Made by a program: the position numbers and the translations under genes. 64,000 nt of DNA from Neophaeotheca triangularis. Its lineage: Eukaryota. Shown here one piece after another: positions 25,344 to 38,600 of the stretch. The DNA is taken from the NCBI GenBank assembly GCA_054600435.1, contig BAAIJX010000019.1, positions 186,001 through 250,000 on the forward strand, written 5' to 3'. Positions within the stretch are counted from its first letter, which is position 1. Each line of letters begins with the position of its first letter. The notes under the pieces are model-generated. The model saw only the letters and a list, made by a program, of their open reading frames with translations. It ran no database searches and was not told where the DNA came from.

Positions 25344-26614
25344 GTAGTAGATAGGTACTAGTAGGAAGGCATATATAATACTATTATAGTATATGTCAAA
25401 ACCTACTAGGAGTGTTAGCTATATGTATAGAACTGATTAGAAGAACCACTATACCCTACCTATATAAATGTAGTGGGTAGGAAGTAGGCCGTCGACCTAG
25501 TACGAATACTAGAATCCCGTACTTTCTAGTACATTACCCTTACCCGGGAAGACGTGTCTAGCTAGGTAGAAGGCTAACCACTATATAACACCGAGAGCCG
25601 CGGGCTAGCTCGCTTCCTTTATGAGGATATCGTTACTCGACATAGAGTGTTTAGGAAACTAGTCTACGATAGAGGCCTAGAGAACTAAGGGTAGACTACT
25701 ATCCTACTCGAAGGATATAGTATCTAAGACATCACGATCTCGCCATATTACCCCTAAGCTAATAGTATAGTAGAACGAGGCTACCTAACTATCGTTAATG
25801 CATTAGCTAAAGCAAGTCGAGATACTAGATGACTATAGCTAGACCTACTCTATAGCGCGCTCTAGGCTAATAGGACTACTATACGAGCTACTACTAGTAT
25901 GACTCTAGTAGCCGTGATCTATAGTAGGGAGCCTATCCTACTAGTAGAGTTATTATTCCTAACCTAGCACAATATTGACTAGAACGGCGTTTAAACGACG
26001 GAAGACCTACTAGTAGCGTAGATAAAGTAGCTCGAACGTTAGGATGAGAAGATAGACGAAGCCCTTCTATACTTATAACGCTACTACGAGTTTAATAAGG
26101 AGTACTTCGATAAGACTTACTAGATAAGGCTAGAGGAACTAACTATTAGTGATCTAGTGTTACTCTTCGACTCGGTACGTAATACTAATATGATAGCGAA
26201 CCGTAAATTCTCCCCTCGCTAGCTCGGTCTATATCGTATCAAAACTGTCTAGGAGAATATAGGCTTATACTGTCTCGAGGAGCTTAACAGGATAGTACTA
26301 GATAAGCTATATACTAGTCGACTATTAAAACTGTTCTACCTAAGGTATAATGCACTCGCGATATAAGACGAGGATAACGTGGACCTAGTAGAAGAGTACT
26401 TAATGTCGGGGGGTAACATATCTAACCCTAAGGACATCGTCCTAGCTATATAGGAAGGGCCTCGTAGGAGCTAGTAGTTATAACTGACTACCGATGTTAC
26501 GCCGGTACCGAGACGAAGTAGTACTAGTTTCGTCTCGATTCCTAGTATTTAGTACGACCTAATAGAGTACGAGCAATTTAGGGACCTAGAGTCCGATGAA
26601 GATTAGTGTGGCTA

Positions 26615-27010
26615 TATTATTCGTAACTATTATAAACAATACTAGGCCCGACACCGCGCCTTCTCATAACACCTTAGTAATGCTAACGAGACTCGTTACA
26701 TTATTCGTAACTATTATGAACAATGCTAGGCCCGACACTACGAATCCTACCTATAGTGTTATCGCTATAGCCGCGTTATATTATTCATATCCTTTACGAA
26801 TAATGTCTTCCGTTACCTCATAACACCTTGTCGTCACATTATTCATAACCGTTATGAACAATACTAGGCCGTTACCCTATAGTGTAGTGTTATCGCTACG
26901 GCCGCGTTATATTGTTTATATCTATTATGAATAATGTTACCCGTTACCTCATGACACCTTAGTAGTACGCGCCGAGCTCGTCATATTATTCGTAACCGTT
27001 ACGAATAATG
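26615..27010 (+). repeat. Array of 6 palindromes with 31-57 bp spacers downstream of integrase, copy B
   Basis: Cores at about 26615, 26699, 26779, 26837, 26910 and 26984. Confidence 0.9.
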
Positions 27011-27140
27011 CCTTTACCTCCGTGACACTTTAGTGTTATATACTACATGTTAGCTAACAACGTGTAGTCACTACTCGTATTACTAGCGCATGAGTTAGTA
27101 ACATGTAGTCGACACGTGCTCTACTAGCTAACGTAGCTAC

Positions 27141-27150
27141 CTATAAAAGA
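27141..27150 (+). promoter_or_regulatory. Putative internal TATA box for ORF3, copy B
   Basis: CTATAAAAGA followed by a CT-rich leader; the same motif is at ~43823 in copy A. RIP can create TA dinucleotides, so this is tentative. Confidence 0.5.
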
Positions 27151-27302
27151 GGCCTCCTCTTCTACTCTACTCCCTCTACCTCTCCTCTCTCTCTAATAGT
27201 AACCACTACTACTACTATTACTCCTTCTTCTCTTTCTTATACCAAGACATTATTAACACTAACTATACTATACCTAGCTAACTAGCTGTTATTAGTACTA
27301 CT

Positions 27303-28550
27303 ATAAGAACCTTCGAGTAGTTTAGCTTCACTTCTAGATAAGCCTTAAAGTAGCTACTCCCTCCGACCTTTACGACCTCTTTAACCTTATCGATACCTCT
27401 AGTACTTACTACTCTAATACCTCCGTCCTTTAGTGTCTATACCTACTTCCTTACTTCACATTCTCCTAAACCTACGACTTTACTAACACCTTTTCACTTT
27501 AATACTAACACTAACACTAATACTAATACCGACACCTAACACATCTCTATGACATACTAAGTAACTAACTCTACTTTTCTTCTTCTCCTTACTTTCACAT
27601 CTCTCTCTCTCTCTCTTTCCTATAGTTAAGATTAAGATTGCTAACTATAGTACCTAAGTAGTCTACTCCGAAGCGTCTACATATAGGTTCCTAAGCTAGC
27701 TCTAGATTAGGTAGTTCGAATGAACCCGTAGCTCCTAAAAGCCTATGCCTTACTCGTAGTAGCTAGGCTACTACGCGCCCTACCGCTACCTTAGCCGCGC
27801 TTACGACTACGACTACGACCGTATCCGCGCCTAATATTACTATAGTAGCGAGGTCTACCGATATGAGCGTCTACCGAAACTAGGGAGTAACTAACGACTA
27901 GAGAGCTCCTATACTCGACATATAGCGATACACCTTGAGCTTTTCTAGTATATAGCTTAAAAACACTATAAAGGAGATGCTATAAAAGATCACTACGATG
28001 ACTAACCTATGCGCCCGAGACGCTATATAGCTCGCTATACTTAAGACAGTACATAAAGCTAGTAAAGACTAGGACATATTAGTATATATAGTAGATAACT
28101 ATATATGAAGCGACTCTATATAGGCCCTAAAAAGAGCTAAGTTTAGGAAGGTTAAAGATATAGCTACCTATAGCTGTCGCGACCTATACATTACTCGAAA
28201 GGAGAACTTCCTCTCTTCGTGTAGGCTAGTTAATGCCGCCGAAGCCGTCGCTTCGGAAACCATTAACCGTATCTTTATAGCTCCGGAGAATGTGTCCTAG
28301 GGATTTATCGATCTCGCTAAACATACCTAGACATCCGAGTAGACATTCTAGAAGCTACGTACTACTACTAGCATCTAGCTTATGTATAGGCTTATTAAGG
28401 AAACTCCTATAGGTTAACCGACTAGTAGGAAAGGGAAACCACTCTACGCGTTCTTCTATACTAAGGCCGACTTTAATCATGTAGTAGGTATAGACTAGAT
28501 ATCTAAGTTTACGACTAAGCGTACTACTAACGAGCTATAAGACATAGTAG
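27303..28550 (+). pseudogene. ORF3 of copy B, N-terminal part (split by insertion of copy A)
   Basis: Colinear with 43985-45230; resumes at 47781 after the TSD. Confidence 0.75.
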
Positions 28551-28910
28551 TGTCGTGGTAACTCCTATACTACATTTATAGGCGTACTAGTTTTGCGGTA
28601 TTTGCTTTATCATTACCCCTTCACATACTTATGCCTCCCCCTACACTAGTACTTATATCTTAGACCTACCTACCTACCTAGATAGACACATACAGAATGA
28701 ATTACGACTACTTGAATTGGCCTCTATACACTATAACTAACCTAACTAATCTCTAACCCCCGACGCATTATTCGTAACCGTTACGAACAATCCCTAATTC
28801 TCGACTACACCTAATTCCTAATCCTACTACATTGTCCGTAATTGTTATGAATAATACCTCCCTAAGCAAAACTAGTCTCCCGGCTTCTCGAGTACTCTCG
28901 CTATTCGACA
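28551..28910 (+). repeat. Gypsy copy A 5' LTR (360-bp variant)
   Basis: TGTCG...TCGACA followed by the same TATTTAGAGC junction as copy B. Confidence 0.95.
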
Positions 28911-31900
28911 TATTTAGAGCCGAAGGTAGGGCGATCGCATATTGTCTTCGTCTTAATAGCCGAACCTACGCTCTAGGAATTATACCTACTATAAGACTAT
29001 CTAACTTATAGAACTTACCCTTCGATAAGGGGACTAGAAAAGGGACTCGACAACGCGATAGTAGCGCTACGGTTAACCCTAAGAAACCCACTACTCTACC
29101 CTACTATTCTCCTATCCTAACGAAACGATGATAGTAGCTTCTAGACAACCTAGACTACTACTTACTACTTTAGCTTTCCTCGCCCTTACCATTCTACTTA
29201 GCCTAGATACGGTTGTCTACACTACATAAGGTTTCGGACTGTTCGGTATTATCGCTGAAAACTCAATAGAGCTTTAAAATTATAGAGGCTAGAGTCCCCC
29301 GTAACGACGCCTGTCTCATTTTAATAGAGGTAAACCCTCTACACATTACTAGAGAATCCGGACCTTTAGGACCTCTAGTAGAGAAAAGATATCATCTCGG
29401 CTATAGATCGAAGAAAGACTACGAGGCACTACTTAAGATTAACTTCATAAATTCACTACTAAGAACATCGCTTACATTCTCGGCTTCCTTACTTAGTCTA
29501 TTACTTATATGTTCCAAGATTCTACTGTTTTACTTACGCCGCCTCACTATTATTACTATTTCTAGAAAACTGAATAAACAACTAAAAATATGTCTAACTC
29601 CCCTCTCGACGTTTCCCTTACCCTAGAAGACATATAGGACACGGGACCTACTACTTCCTTAGCACTATCTACCCCTACGCTTACCCTAGGATCTAGCGGG
29701 GACGGCCCTAGGGCGTCCCTACCGTTACGTCCCGCTAATACCCTAGGGTATGTGATTACAGCGCCTCCCCTAAGTCCCCACGAGCCTAGAGCGGCCTACT
29801 TCGATAGTAGTAACCTTACGAGCTTTATATAGAAGTATAAGAAGATATACATGCGGTTTAGGTTCGACTCCCGTCGCGTAGCTAAACTACTCGACAGCTA
29901 TGTTAGTAACGAGGTCTAGGCCTAGGTATCGGACCTCGAGCACGACGGCTCGTTAGTAGGTATCTTCGCTACTATAAAGGTTAAGTTTAGGGATTTCGAC
30001 TTAGATTAGCTTACTAGAAGTGTAGAAGTACTCATAGGTTTCGTGGCTAAGAGTAAAGCCGCTAGCTATCTAAATAGGATCCTAGAGTACGTTCGCAGTT
30101 TCGAGAGCATTGTCTATAAGGCTAAAGATTAGGGGTACCCTCTTAGGGGACTAGAGATTATAAAGTACTTCCTCTATAGTTTGCCTTAGAATTTGTAGGA
30201 GTATCTTATCTAGTAGTTCTAGATCAATCTACTTATACCTAGCGAGTCTATCGAGTACTGATAACTGTTCGGGGCCGTCGAGGACAAGGTCTATACTAAC
30301 TAATCCTTAGAGATATTAAATTTAGTTCATAACGCGATAAACTATATAGATACTAGTAAGAAACCTGTCGTGTCTACACTAGTCCCTACTATAGCATTCC
30401 TAGTACCGGCTTTTAGGAGCTAGGGATGTCCTATACCTAACTTCCCTAAACAGCCTACCTCCGAAAAGGAAATAGACGAACTAGTAGCTAAGTTTAAGAC
30501 GCTTAAGTTAAACGCTATAGACCTAGCTATTATAGTTAAGAATGTAGGCTACTACGGATTCACTATGTCTAACATTCTAGCTAGCGCTACGACTAATGTC
30601 TTCTAGGTAGCTCCTTAACCTTCTTTTCCCGAACGGTCTACTTATGTCCCTACCGCTACTACCTCTAATTTTAACAACTACATGTAGTATCCTAGTTAGG
30701 GTTATAGCGCTCTAAATGCTACCTATAGAACGGCGCTAGGAGGCTACTTTATGTATAGCGGCCTATATGGATAGATGACTTACCCCGGATTTCTCGAGCT
30801 TATTAATAAGGGACTCGTATACTCTGACCTAAGTAGTAAACGCATCTAATAGGGATCTGTTCAAAACCCGGGAGATAAACTCTAAAGGCTTCTATAGGAA
30901 AACCGGCTCGATACTATTAAGTAGAAGATTGAATAGGGCGAGAACCGGTTCATACCTATCGCCGCGTAAGGTCCTATAGTTCGCTTTATGACTATACTCC
31001 CTCTATTATCCCGTTCCGACACCTCTAAGGACGAGGACGATACCTCTTTATATCTAATATAGACTCGATCTAGCCTAGGGCTAGTTTAAGACCCGGATAC
31101 GAGAGTGTATAAGAAGCGAGCTACTCCTAAAGTCCGCGTGACGAGGCCTAGTAAGTACGAGAAGCTAGTAGATAGCGCGGCTTATAAGAGAAGCTACACG
31201 ATGCCCTACGACTCGCTAATTAATCGACTAGCTAAGGAAAGGGACACCGATGACGAAGACTAGTAATAGCTAGCGCTACTAGCGATAAAGTAGTAGGCCT
31301 CGAGATGTACGAAGCTCCTCGATATCCTTATCCGGAATTAGTACGATGACGCTACGATACTAGAGATACTCCTTAGCGGCGATATTACTATGAACTATAT
31401 AGACGTCTTAGTAAAGATACTAGGTGTCTAGAAGCTACTATTTAGCCCGCTACCTAAGGGGCTAGCTGATAATGTATAGCGAGAAATAGACATGACTACT
31501 ACATAAAGACGTCTTACCTACGAAGCGAAGAAGTCTACTACTAGGGGTACTTCCGTGTTACCCACTATTACTACTACTCACGATTCGGTCGATAGGTAGT
31601 AATAGAATGCTACTACGTTAAACACTACATTACTCTATATAACTACCCGTAATATCGACGATCTTATGGGAGAGGATCTAGTTTACTATAACGACTCTCT
31701 AGTCTACGAGATGAGGATCGGAAAGGCTAACGTTACTATACTCCTTAACTCTAGTACAGATATTAATGTCATGACGAGGGACGTTACTAAGCGCGCCTAA
31801 CTACCTATTATGAGATTGCCGTTATCTATTAGCCTAGGCATTATAGTAGCGAATAGAGATGCGGTTACCTTTATTAGGTAGGTCCCTAACGCGCCTATTT

Positions 31901-32262
31901 AGGTAGACTAAGTCGTCATATATATACCGATACTAGTCGTGGAATAGTTATCGAAACCCTATATCCTTAGAGAGCTATATACTTACTACGCTTCCCTCGA
32001 AGTGCGAAGAAACCTATTAGGTAAAGTCACCTACCGAGTTACTAGCGAGGATAGTTTAGCGACTATAGACTTTATCCCTAGTATAGGGATTCGTCGACTA
32101 GTGGGTTCAGATTCTAAAGCTAGAGACCACTTCTCCCTTAATAGCGTCGGTATATATATAGTACATGTAGATCGGGGCGCGTCTTCTATTCGTTCGTTAA
32201 AAGGTAGGGTAGATAAGTAGGTTCGATTACTACTACTAATACCTACCGAGAACTAAGCAAAT

Positions 32263-32601
32263 CATTATTCGTAACCTTTATGAACAATCCTACTATTCGC
32301 GAGACGACTAATAACGCGACTAGTACCTAAGTATTATTCGTAACTACTACGAATAATGCCTCTAGTCACATGATATCTAGACGCTCCGCTAACTCTATGA
32401 CTAGGACCCGAGCATTATTCGTAACTACTACGAATAATGTCTCTAGTCACGTAAGACCTAGGTACTCTACTAACTCCGCGACTAGGAACTAAGCATTGTT
32501 CGTAACCGCTACGAATAATCCCTCTAGTCACATAAGACCTAGGCACTCTACTAACTCTATGACTAGGACCTGAGCATTATTCGTAACTACTACAAACAAT
32601 A
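32263..32601 (+). repeat. In-frame array of 5 palindrome-containing units in the protease-RT linker, copy A
   Basis: Cores at 32263, 32332, 32413, 32494, 32575; one more 81-bp unit than copy B. Confidence 0.9.
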
Positions 32602-34572
32602 CCCTAGGTAGGGTCTCCTACATATAGAGGTCTAGTATAATAGTGGATAGTGTGAAGCTCTTATAGAGTGTGAAACCTTTAGAACTTATAGCTCTCGCCT
32701 CCGACCCTACCTCACTACTAAAGGAGAATTTCAGTGTTATAACTATAGCTAAATAGAAGGTAGACAAGGTAGTGTCTATCGACGACTTAAGTACTATCCT
32801 GTCCGAGATTCCTAGTAGATAGTTAGATTAGCGAAAGAAAGCTATAGAGCGCTAGATTAAGAGTATACCGAAAGATCTTATCGCTTACTCCGAGTATAAT
32901 AGCTACTTCAAACCGCGATATATATAAGAGCTAAGAGGCTATAGGTTAACCCTAGAGTAGATAGTAGGAGTAATAGTTGATATCACGCTCTTACCGGAAG
33001 AATATCGGCTGTTCGAAGCGATATTAGTAGCCCGTGAGCTAGCCCTTATATAGGACTTCAAGGAGTATAGCATAATCCACGAAGACATGTACTCTCTAGT
33101 CAAGATAAGAATAGTACCCTATAAAGCCTAGTAGGCCAAGACATATCCTATACTAAAAGCTTTATCTAGGGAGCTCGTTAAGATGTTAGAAGACTAACTA
33201 AAAGCTAGTGTCCTTAAGTATAGCTAAGGACAATACTAGAATCCTTAGTTTCTAGTTAAAAAGAAGAATGGTAAACATAGGCTAATTAACTTAGCTACTA
33301 TCCTGAATTTAGTTACGGTTCGAGATGCTATAATGCTACTAGATCTCGTAAGCTTTATCTACTATGTTATAGGTAGACTACTCCTCTCACTATATGACGT
33401 TTTCTCTAGATATGACGAAATCCGGTTACATGAAGAAAGCTACGACATGATAGCTATTATGACTCCATTAGGGCTCCTAAGGTAGACAACCTTACTAATA
33501 GGCTAGATAAACTCGGTAGCTATCTTTTGCCGAGTCATGATGTAGATACTCATAGTGCTATATCTACATGACGCCGTCCTATATGTCGACGACATCATCG
33601 CTATTAGCGACTATAGTGACTCCTAGGGCGACCCTAACCCTTTACCTAGTATTAGGCTCCTAGTCTATAACTATATCTAGAAACTAGACTGACTACTCGT
33701 AGACATAGAGCGAGCTAGATATACTATCGCTATAGGGAAATCGTACTTCCTTTCCGAGGAGCTTAAGGTTATTAGCTTTATATACACCCCTAGTAGTACG
33801 AAGCTGTCGCGCTTAAAGGTTAAAGCTATCGCTAAGTAGACTAAGTGTCGCATATTACGTGAAGCTTATAGCTTCATTAGAATGTACACATACTATAAGT
33901 AGTTAATCTAGGGATTTATATAGCGTATGAGACCAATTATTGCGCTTATGTAGAAAGATGTGCCTTTTATCTAGGGACCGGAATAAGCCGCGGTAATAGT
34001 AGACCTAAAAGAGTAGCTAATGAAATTCCTAATCGTAGCCCTAGTTAAGTACGGCGTAGACGTAGGCTAACTAGTTCTTATAGTCGATACATGTAGTACT
34101 AGCTAGGGACTTTACTTATAACAAGAAGTTACTAGCGCGAAAAGACGAGTTATCTAGTACGATAGCGGTCTCTAGAATGAGGGCGAGTAGAAATACGATA
34201 CTGTTAAGCTTAAGTGCTAGGCATTAATGATCGCTCTTAAAAGGTTATAGCTATACCTTTATAGTACGAGGTTTGTAGTCGAAATAGATACTAACATACT
34301 AGTTACCTAGCTTAATAAGGTTACCTCGGACATACTAAATGCCATGGTAACTCGCTAGCTAGCTTAGATTTAACTATTTGATTTCGACATACGACACGTC
34401 GCTAGTACAAAAAATGTTATTACTAACGGCCTGTCCTAGAAGTCTAATGGGCCGGCTAATACTAAAGACATTAACGACTAGGTTAACGTCTATCTCGACA
34501 GCATTTCGGTAGGGCTGCCCCTAGTACTAGGCCTAACGTCTACTATTAGTAGAAATAGAACACCGGCCTTAG

Positions 34573-34991
34573 TGTTGCGATCCTACAAGGTAGTCTTATA
34601 GGTAGAGCTCATAGCAGAAGAGGAGAGATATCGAAGAAGGCTAGTAAGGGTGTTTCCTTTATCATAAGGATTTCAAAGATACGTGAAGTGTCGCTATAGA
34701 CCTTTTAGTAAGATTGTAATATGAGTTAAACACAAATCTCTACCTAGGAAACATCGCTAGCTATATACATAGGAGATTCGTGTTAGATTAGTCCTTAACT
34801 AATCCATCGTGCTTAGGATTAGACTGATCCTAAGTGCCCTAGCTTAGACTTAGTCTAAGTCTAAGCGAGTATACTTAGTTAAAGTCTAAGCGAACGTCTT
34901 AGCTAGTTCTAAGATCACGTGACTAGTAAGCTTTAGGGTTAGACCCTAGCTTAGACTAGGGATTCTAGTTCTACTTAGCTTAGCTGTAACA
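34573..34991 (-). repeat. Chromovirus 3' LTR
   Basis: Direct repeat of 41296-41714; adjacent to the polypurine tract. Confidence 0.95.
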
Positions 34992-35075
34992 CTATCCCCC
35001 TTTCAGCCTAGCTTCGTCCTCGAAGCCTGATAAAGTTCCGTTATTCCCCACATCGTTTTGTTATCAAGTTTCGCG

Positions 35076-35675
35076 ATGTCTTCTACCCTATCCCATAAAC
35101 AGTAACGTCTTAATCTTTCGGCTAAAATCGAGAAGTCTAGAACAACTAACATAGCACCCTGTTTAGCCTACCGATCTACGAGGAAATCGCCTTTAGCCGA
35201 ACTAGTACGATGTGTGATTAGTGCTCGATCTAGTCAGTGTTCGGAATATATATGTAAAGGGTATACTAAGTGTAACATAAAGCTTAGTTGTCCTAAGTAG
35301 GAAAAATGGAGAGATTCATGCAACAAACTGTAATAGTAGTTAGAGGAGTGTAAGGAGGAGGAGCTCAAGCTTTTATAAAAGCTACACGAGCGTTATTCGA
35401 AAAAGTTGCGGTTATAGAAATAGCTTCGTCATGCTAAGGGTCGCACGGAAACCGCGGTGTCTAGAGAGTTAGAGGATTTAGAGTAAGTAGATCGGTTAGA
35501 GGAAGATCTCTTAGGTCTAGTTAACACTAGGGTTGAGGTTGTATAGCGTCTAGGCTTTATTAGTATTCTAGAGATGTCGACGTAGGACTAGAGTGCTATC
35601 GACAGCTTAGATCTTCCTTCCGAGCTTTAGGATTTCGGTCCTAATAATATTGTTGTAGGGCCTTCTAGTAGTTAA
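35076..35675 (+). pseudogene. Antisense accessory ORF of the chromovirus: 199 aa, six-Cys Zn-cluster-like motif plus coiled coil, RIP-disrupted
   Basis: 600 nt from ATG to TAA without frameshift. Internal stops are all TAA/TAG, revertible to CAA/CAG/TGG. Motif C-x2-C-x13-C-x8-C-x2-C-x7-C: four Cys intact, two read TAC/TAT. Confidence 0.7.
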
Positions 35676-38600
35676 GTAAGTTGTCCTTAGGTTCCTAAGT
35701 GTTTTTACTTATGTAGTAACCTTTCCATTTCACGAGGTAGTTCTGACCGTCCTTATCTAGAATCTTTTCGACCTCGTACTTAGCTTCTTCCTCTAGTAGA
35801 TCGTAGTAAAAGGTGTCTTAGATTAGTATTTCGGGGTCTACTAGTTCGAGCAAGGATATATGGAAGACTAGGTAGATTCTAGCATCTTTTAGAAGTTAGA
35901 GGAGGTAGTTAACCTTTCCTCTTTATTCTTCAACTAGAAACGGTCCGACTTTGACATGGTCTAGTTTTCGTGTTCGTCTCCTTGTCTTCAGGTTTTTCGT
36001 GAGTAGGTACACCTTATCCCCCTTCTTAAGCTAAGGTGCCGTTTTGGAGTCCTTATGTCTTTATGACTCGAGTCGTCGCTACGACTATGTGATTTTGTCT
36101 TTCGCCTATTCATGTGCTTCCTATAGCTACGAAGACGTTTGTAGGGCTCTTTCCGCGAGTGGTCCTGGCTTTAGTTCTATGAAAATGTTAGGGTCTTTTC
36201 CGAAATTTGCGTAGAACGGAGTTATGCCTGTTGTCTCGGAGGCATTATTGTTGAGTGCGAGTTGTACTATAGGTAAGAGTACTACCTAATTGTCCTGAGC
36301 GTAATTGACGTAATATCGTAAGTACGTTTCGAGGGATTAGTTTGAGCGTTCTGTCTATCTGTCGGTTTCTAGGTGAAATGCTGTTGATAGCTTATGTTTC
36401 ACTCCGATTGCTAAAATCAAGGTCTTCTAGTAGTTAGATGTGAAGAGCTTGTCTCTGTCCGTAATCAGAACCGTAGGAATGCCGTAGTATCATACTAATC
36501 TATCGAGAACAAGGTATCCGAGTTCCTCTATAGTGATTATCTCGTTATAGGGAACGAAATGTGAATACTTCGTGAGTCTATCGACCATGACTAGAATTGA
36601 ATCATAGTCCTTGCTTATTAACGGGTCCTTAGATCTTAGTAACTTGACGATAAAATCCATTATGACCTCGTTCTATAGTAGATCTAGTGGCTCCTAGAAT
36701 TGTAGGTTTCTATACTTAGCATGTCTCGAAGCTTTGTTTTGTTAGTAGCTCATACATTTCTTGATGTACTCTAAGACCTTCTGTCTCATTCTAGGGAACA
36801 CGAAGTTGCGTCTAATGTGTTCTACTGTTCTAGCGATTCCTAGATGTCTATTAGTAGGTCTATCGTGGTAGTCCTAGATGTACTAGCATTCCTTCTCGTT
36901 TAGAACCCTAAACTTCCTATGTTCGATAGGGAATTCTTCGGTGTTATCCCTAAGTACTCGTAGTACTAAGTTAAATTCTTAAGGGTTAGCGCTTAGGCTT
37001 CCGTCCTTATTAACTTTCAGTATATAGTGTTACTATAGAAGGTGCCCTTCTATGTAGTCGCTTCTTCTACTTAGCGCGTTAGCGCGCCTATTGTCTTTTC
37101 TAGGAGTGTAGACTATGTCGAACTTATATTGTCCGAGTAGCTCTAACTATCTACATTGTTAGTGTGATAGTTCCTTAGTAGTTATGAAATATTGCAGGTT
37201 TTTGTAATCTAAGTAAATAGTCAGTCTAGTTACTCCTTCACAGTATACTCTCTAGTATCGCAATACTATAACGATTACGAGCAGTTCTTTGTCGTAGATC
37301 TCGTAATTCTGTTCTGCTAGTGACATCTTCCTTAAGAAGTAAGCGATAGGGTGTCATTTGCTTTTAACCTCCTATGTGAGGCAAGCTCCTATTGCTCTAT
37401 TAGAGGTATCTGTTTCGATTTAGATAGGTCTCTTAGGGTTAAACATCCTAAGCGTAGGGATAGTCGTACATGACTCCTTAAGCTTATCGAAGGATTGTTG
37501 TTAAATCTTTCCTTATACGAATAGTGTGTCCTTCTTCGTGAGGTTAGTTAGAGGCGTAGCGAGCCTTGAGTAATCCTACATGAATTTCTAATTATAGTTA
37601 GCTAATCCGAGGAATGCTTAAATGTCCTTAACTGACTTAGGTATTAGCTATTCCTCGATCGATTGAGTTTTCTTCAGGTCTATTTAGATCCTAGTAGTGC
37701 TAATCATAAAGCCTAGAAAGTCGACTTCCTTCTTATAGAACTCGTACTTCTCTAGTGCTATTCTAAAGTCTACTTTGTTAAGTCGTTCGAACACTATGTG
37801 TATGTCCTTAGTATACTGTTCTCGTGATCCTTTTATGAAGACTAATATGTCGTCGATATAGGCGATGATAGTGATGTCGAGTAGGTCTCGTAGGATGTCG
37901 TTAACGAGTTATTAACAGGTTGCTAGGGCATTCGTGAGTCCTATAGGCATGACCTGGAATTCGTAAAGTCCGTAGCGCGTTCGAAAAGCTGTTTTCCACT
38001 CTTCCCCCCTTACTATTCTAACTAAATAGAATATATCTCGGAGATCGACTTTAGTGAACTAGTGTGAACTAGTGAGTTAGTCTCTTATCTTATCGATATT
38101 AGGTAGTAGATAACGGTTTTTGGTGGTGATCGCATTAAGTCGTCTGAAATCGATAACTATTCGTAGTTTTCCTCCTTTCTTCGGAACGAAAAATAGTGGT
38201 GAAGCGGCTAATGAAGTGGAGGGTCGAATCCATCCTTTCTTCATTTTTTTATCTAGCTATCGTTATTACTCTTCGAGCTCTTTTTCAGATAGCGCGTAAA
38301 GTGGCCCCTATAGTATCTTCATACCGGGCTAAATGTCGATTCGGTAGTCCTATAGTTAATGTCTAGGTAGAGCGGCTACTCCTTCCTCTTCCTAGAAAAG
38401 GCGCTTCTATTTCCTAAATTCTCTAGGGATATCCGAAGGTACGTGACTTCCTTCCTTAACTCTTACTTACTAGTCTGTTTAGGCTAGTTCGGTACCTATA
38501 GAGTCCGATCTAATTCGTATTAGTATCGTAGTCGATTAGCGATATGTTTCGTTGATCTACCTTCTCTTATCTACTGTCGATCGCTACTAGCGCGTAGGGT

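Noticed and set aside
26615..27010. CRISPR-like repeat-spacer appearance of the palindrome array
   Set aside because: Eukaryotic retroelement context with no cas genes. Spacers vary from 31 to 57 bp and share sequence with one another, as expected from internal duplication.
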